From a bacterium (GTDB lineage: Bacteria > Zhuqueibacterota > Zhuqueibacteria > Residuimicrobiales > Krinioviventaceae): 64,000 nucleotides of DNA. Shown here one piece after another: positions 59,944-64,000 of this stretch (positions within the stretch are counted from its first letter, which is position 1; each line of letters begins with the position of its first letter). The stretch covers positions 96,001 through 160,000 of the forward strand of contig CAXXFV010000004.1 in assembly GCA_963674595.2 (NCBI GenBank). The letters are read 5' to 3'. The notes under the pieces are model-generated. The model did not search any database. It was not told the origin of the DNA and worked only from the letters and a program-made list of their open reading frames with translations. The position numbers and the translations under genes are program-made.

Positions 59944-61785
59944 TTGAAAGCAGAGCTGGAAAATAATTTAACCTCGAAAAATCATACAATCTGGATTCTT
60001 TTAGCACTTGTTATATTGGCTGCGGGATTAAGAATTTATCACCTGTCTTACAAAAGTATATCAATCGACGAAGCCATTGGTAGTTTTTATGCTGTTGAGG
60101 ACCTGGAGCGAGTCGTCATTTTAACGATTAATGATGTTCATCCGCCGTTGTTTTATGTTGTACATCATTTTTGGATTAAAATATTCGGCACGAGTGAAAT
60201 GGCCCTCAGAAGCATTGCCATATTTTTTGCACTGCTTTCCATCCTGTTATTATACCGACTCGGCAGTATTATATTCAATAGAAAAATAGGGCTTATAGCC
60301 GCCTTTCTCCTGAGTATTTCTCCCTGGCATGTTTGGATCAGTCAAAATGCCCGCTCCAATTCAATGTTGCTATTTTTGGTGCTTTTATCAACCTATTGTT
60401 TTTATAAAACCATCCAAAACGGTCATAAAAAATGGTTGGTTTTTTATACCATTGTTACTTCCATTTCATTATACACACATTATTTTTCTTTTATGGTCTG
60501 GTTTGCTCAAAACCTTTATGCTCTTTCCAGTCCTTATATTAGAGAACATAAATCAAAAAACTGGTGGCAGGCACAAATCATTATCGTTTTGCTTTATTTT
60601 TTATGGCTTCCTTTTATGATAAGTCAGTTTATCACCAAAAGCCGGCCAATGTATAAAGTCTTTTCCGTACATTTTCTTGAAAATTTGTTTGATCATTTAA
60701 ATGCCTATGCGCCAATAAGCAAATCCCCACTGTTTATTGCCGGACAAATTTTATTTCTCTTTCTCTTTTTATTCGGAATTTATAAAATTTTTCGTACCCG
60801 GGCTACAATCCAGCCATCATTAACGAATAATGAAGAACCTCTTTTAATGAAAAATAAAACCCTGGCAACGCTGTTTATTTTAGCAACAGTACTTTTTGTA
60901 ATAATCGGTATTTATTTCAACTATGCCCGTGTTATGCCGATGCTCGAATCACACATTGACCAAAATTGTAAAGTTATTTATGCATCAAAAATTAAACCCT
61001 ACCATATCGAACAAATTCGCTCATTACCCTATTCATTTTTTGGTGCAGCCATAATCAGCTATATTTTATTTATTTTAACAATATTTTTCTCAAAATTTGT
61101 TCAGGCATTATCATATATCGGAAAATTTTTAGAAAAAACATTTAAAACAAAGAACAATTTTTCCATATTGGCTTTTTTATTGGTGCATTTGATTTTACCG
61201 ATAATCATTGCTGCCCTGTTATCTATAAAAAGTCCATATCTACTATTACGAAACATGATAATTGCGTTTCCCGCATATTTGTTAATTATATCGTGCGCTA
61301 TTTATTATTTACCCAGATTATGGACGAAATCACTTGTTTTTATTGCAATAATCTTTTTAACCGTGTTTTCTTTTTTAAATTTTGAAAACTGGGAAATGAA
61401 AAACGATTGGCGTCATGCCGCTTTAACGGCAAAAGAACACATTAAAGACGGAGATATCATCCTTCTCGATCATCTGTTTGGGAAAAAACCGTTTTTCTAT
61501 TATGGATTGGAAACAGTTAAACCATTAAAAAGGTTCAAGTCAGAAAAGGAAATCAAGGAATTTCAGGGAGATATTTGGTTTCTAATGTCATATCCCAATA
61601 AATGGTCTGCTTATCAATTACTGGAAGAAAACTTTGAAAAAGAGCAGGTTTGGAGTTTCACAGGTTCAACAAACCAGGATGACATGTCAACAATTGACGG
61701 AAAAATCCACCTGATTCACTTTAAAAAGAAAAACAAATCAATAACTGAAAAACAAAATCTTGCAATTAATAATAAAGAAGGTTAA
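59944..61785 (+). CDS. GT-C fold membrane glycosyltransferase (GT39/PMT-ArnT-like)
   Basis: LRIYHL..SISIDEA, DVHPPLFY, ISQNAR, LYTHYF, many TM segments and DWRHAA. Confidence 0.85.
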   Translation: MKAELENNLTSKNHTIWILLALVILAAGLRIYHLSYKSISIDEAIGSFYAVEDLERVVILTINDVHPPLFYVVHHFWIKIFGTSEMALRSIAIFFALLSILLLYRLGSIIFNRKIGLIAAFLLSISPWHVWISQNARSNSMLLFLVLLSTYCFYKTIQNGHKKWLVFYTIVTSISLYTHYFSFMVWFAQNLYALSSPYIREHKSKNWWQAQIIIVLLYFLWLPFMISQFITKSRPMYKVFSVHFLENLFDHLNAYAPISKSPLFIAGQILFLFLFLFGIYKIFRTRATIQPSLTNNEEPLLMKNKTLATLFILATVLFVIIGIYFNYARVMPMLESHIDQNCKVIYASKIKPYHIEQIRSLPYSFFGAAIISYILFILTIFFSKFVQALSYIGKFLEKTFKTKNNFSILAFLLVHLILPIIIAALLSIKSPYLLLRNMIIAFPAYLLIISCAIYYLPRLWTKSLVFIAIIFLTVFSFLNFENWEMKNDWRHAALTAKEHIKDGDIILLDHLFGKKPFFYYGLETVKPLKRFKSEKEIKEFQGDIWFLMSYPNKWSAYQLLEENFEKEQVWSFTGSTNQDDMSTIDGKIHLIHFKKKNKSITEKQNLAINNKEG

Positions 61786-61839
61786 CTTTTATCCGTAAAA
61801 CGTGATTAATCAAACATTTTATGGATGAAAGGTATTCGT

Positions 61840-64000
61840 GTGAAATATAGGGTTTTTTTCGGATTTTTATTATCAGCTTCTTTATCCATCTATCTTTCTT
61901 CATTAAACGCATCAACATTTACAGTAACAAAAACTACCGGACATGCCGATAGCACACTCATTTGGGCGTTGGAGCAATGCCAAACCAATCCCGGTGCGGA
62001 CACTGTTAACTTTGATCTTTCACAAGACGATCCTCAATATAATTCACAATTCTGGACAATAGAACTCGATGGATCCCTTCCCACCCTGACAGACGATGCT
62101 ACATTTATCGACGGCCAGACGCAGAAGGACAGAATTTCCTATGAATGGGATGGACCGGTCATTGAAATAAACGGCCTGGCGTCATCTGCCAGCCATCCGG
62201 GGCTGCAAATAAATTCAAGTTATAATATTATTTCTCATCTTGCATTTGTAAATTTTCCGGCAACAGCAATTTCCATTTCCGGCGCAAGTTCCAAATACAA
62301 TACAATAACAGGTTGTTATATAGGAATCTCTGCTGACGGCAGCACAAGTAAAGAAAATAACGGAAACGGTATTGAATGTGTTAATTATTCAAGCCATACC
62401 AGTATTTGTTACGGTAATGTCATATCAAACAATACCCGCTATGGGATCCAATTTGAAAACAGCAGCGATAACAAAATTTTAGGAAACATTGTCGGCACCG
62501 ATGCATCCGGTTTGGAAGCCAGGCCAAACGGAGCTTATCCAAAAAAATATGCCGGAGTCAATATTTCGCACATCTCTAAAAATAATCAGGTAGGAGACGG
62601 AACAGAAACAGGAAGGAATATATTATCCGGTAATCATCGTACAGGGATAAGATTTGAAAAAACAGGCGCAGAAAATAATATCCTTCAGGGAAATTATATC
62701 GGAGTCGGTTCTGATGGTATTACCAAAATTCCCAATGGAGAAGCCGGTTTGTTAATTGGCCGGGATGCAAAATACAATATAGTCGGTGGAGACACACCGG
62801 AGCAGGCAAATATCATCTCCGGTAACCATTCCAGTGGTGTTCAAATGGCCAGAGAATCTTCTTTTAATACTTTGAAAGGTAATTTGATAGGTCTGGATGC
62901 AAGTGGAACGGTTGCCGTCCCCAATGATCATAACGGTATCTATTTTTACGGGAATGATGAGGAAGGGTATCCCCATGACAACACAATAGGTCCCGGTAAT
63001 ATTATTTGTGGAAACGGTACTTCGCCCTATGATCAGTTTTGGGCAGCTATCTCAATAGACAATCGCGGTACTGTAAACAATACATGTTACGGCAACTGGT
63101 TAGGAACAAATCCCTATACATCTTTTAACGACGGACAACCCACCGGCATTTTGGTCCAGCACGGCGCCCATAACAATATTTTAGGACCGGACAATGTTAT
63201 TGTAAACTGTGATTTTAACGGTGTTCATATTTTAAACGACAGCACAACGTCCAATAAAATCACACGTAATCTTATCTATAATTATCAGGAAAAACCAATA
63301 CTAAATGAAGACGGCGGCAACAATTCTTTAGAGCGGCCGACAATTCACACGGCAACTGGTAAAAGAATTACCGGAAAAAGCTTTGCTTTTGCAGTTGTGG
63401 AACTTTACGCCGGCTATACAGGTGCGGCAAACGAATATTTGGGCTCTGCAACAGCCGATTCAACAGGTTATTTTCAATGGTTTGGCGCTGTTCCGGATGC
63501 ACTTATTTCGGCAACCGCAACAGACCAAAACGGAAACACGTCAGAATTTTCCGAAAGCGTTCCTTTACCGGTAGAAATGTTATCGTTTACAGTCACTCAA
63601 CAAAACAAAGAGACTGTTTCACTGATTTGGCGGACAACCAATGAAATTAATAATCATGGCTTTCGAATAGAACGAAAACATGATGACTTACAGTTTGAAA
63701 ATATTGGTTTTGTACAAGTTAAAACTGAAGGCTCTGTGTGTGAATACCAATTTGATGATAAAATACAATCACCCGGTAATTATTCCTATAGAATCATACA
63801 AATTGACAACAATGGTAACGAAACAATTTCCGGGTTGCAGTCGATTTTCATTTCCCCGGAACAATTCAAACTTGTTCTTGAAAACTATCCAAATCCATTT
63901 AACAACTCAACCAAAATTGACTATTATGTCCCGGGTTCTGAAAGAACAAAAATAGAAATATTCAACCTTAAAGGTCAGCTCTTGAAATCTTTTACAAACA
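61840..64000 (+). CDS. Secreted parallel beta-helix surface protein with T9SS-type C-terminal domain (runs off the window edge)
   Basis: Open frame from GTG 61840 (or ATG 61825): signal peptide, TFTVT, repeated GNxIGxxxxG..PN / NIxSGN coils, ATATDQNGNTSEFS, LPVEMLSF and ENYPNPFNNST. Not in the ORF track. Confidence 0.88.
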   Translation, partial: MKYRVFFGFLLSASLSIYLSSLNASTFTVTKTTGHADSTLIWALEQCQTNPGADTVNFDLSQDDPQYNSQFWTIELDGSLPTLTDDATFIDGQTQKDRISYEWDGPVIEINGLASSASHPGLQINSSYNIISHLAFVNFPATAISISGASSKYNTITGCYIGISADGSTSKENNGNGIECVNYSSHTSICYGNVISNNTRYGIQFENSSDNKILGNIVGTDASGLEARPNGAYPKKYAGVNISHISKNNQVGDGTETGRNILSGNHRTGIRFEKTGAENNILQGNYIGVGSDGITKIPNGEAGLLIGRDAKYNIVGGDTPEQANIISGNHSSGVQMARESSFNTLKGNLIGLDASGTVAVPNDHNGIYFYGNDEEGYPHDNTIGPGNIICGNGTSPYDQFWAAISIDNRGTVNNTCYGNWLGTNPYTSFNDGQPTGILVQHGAHNNILGPDNVIVNCDFNGVHILNDSTTSNKITRNLIYNYQEKPILNEDGGNNSLERPTIHTATGKRITGKSFAFAVVELYAGYTGAANEYLGSATADSTGYFQWFGAVPDALISATATDQNGNTSEFSESVPLPVEMLSFTVTQQNKETVSLIWRTTNEINNHGFRIERKHDDLQFENIGFVQVKTEGSVCEYQFDDKIQSPGNYSYRIIQIDNNGNETISGLQSIFISPEQFKLVLENYPNPFNNSTKIDYYVPGSERTKIEIFNLKGQLLKSFTN

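Noticed and set aside
1-64000. CRISPR array, rRNA, tRNA, prophage or defence-system genes
   Set aside because: No regularly spaced direct repeats or recognisable genes of these classes were seen by eye; a computational scan would be needed to exclude weak cases.

Overview
AT-rich bacterial chromosomal window. Several secreted proteins end in an 'NYPNPF..'/FlgD-Ig C-terminal domain, a PorU/PorV-like gene pair is present, and there is a TonB receptor with no SusD partner. Together these suggest an FCB-group lineage such as KSB1 or Calditrichota (inference). Gene content in order: methyltransferase and GT2; AGE-epimerase, MBL hydrolase and sialidase; DnaQ-like exonuclease, heparinase-like lyase, PLP enzyme, secreted protein, lipoprotein, TonB receptor and REC-PP2C; a two-gene operon with a FIST-like (DUF6976-like) protein; hflKC, glgC, tricorn protease, UROD-family protein, hemW, lepB, ABC pair, lepA; a C25 (PorU-like)/PorV-like cluster; dapA-murD-lysC-murA-murB; an envelope operon (beta-helix-Omp85, DUF2154-like, DDSH-repeat protein); rluD, malic enzyme, yiaK; a complete IS481-family element with a 7-bp target duplication; a GT-C glycosyltransferase and a truncated surface protein. 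Several genes carry homopolymer frameshifts that look like long-read errors. The strongest non-coding signal is four sigma54 (-24/-12) promoters. Two of them have tandem TGTCA-N8-TGACA-like enhancer sites. One drives no protein, only a structured ~165-nt transcript ending in a terminator (candidate sigma54-dependent sRNA at ~47686-47853, minus strand). No rRNA, tRNA or CRISPR array was seen.
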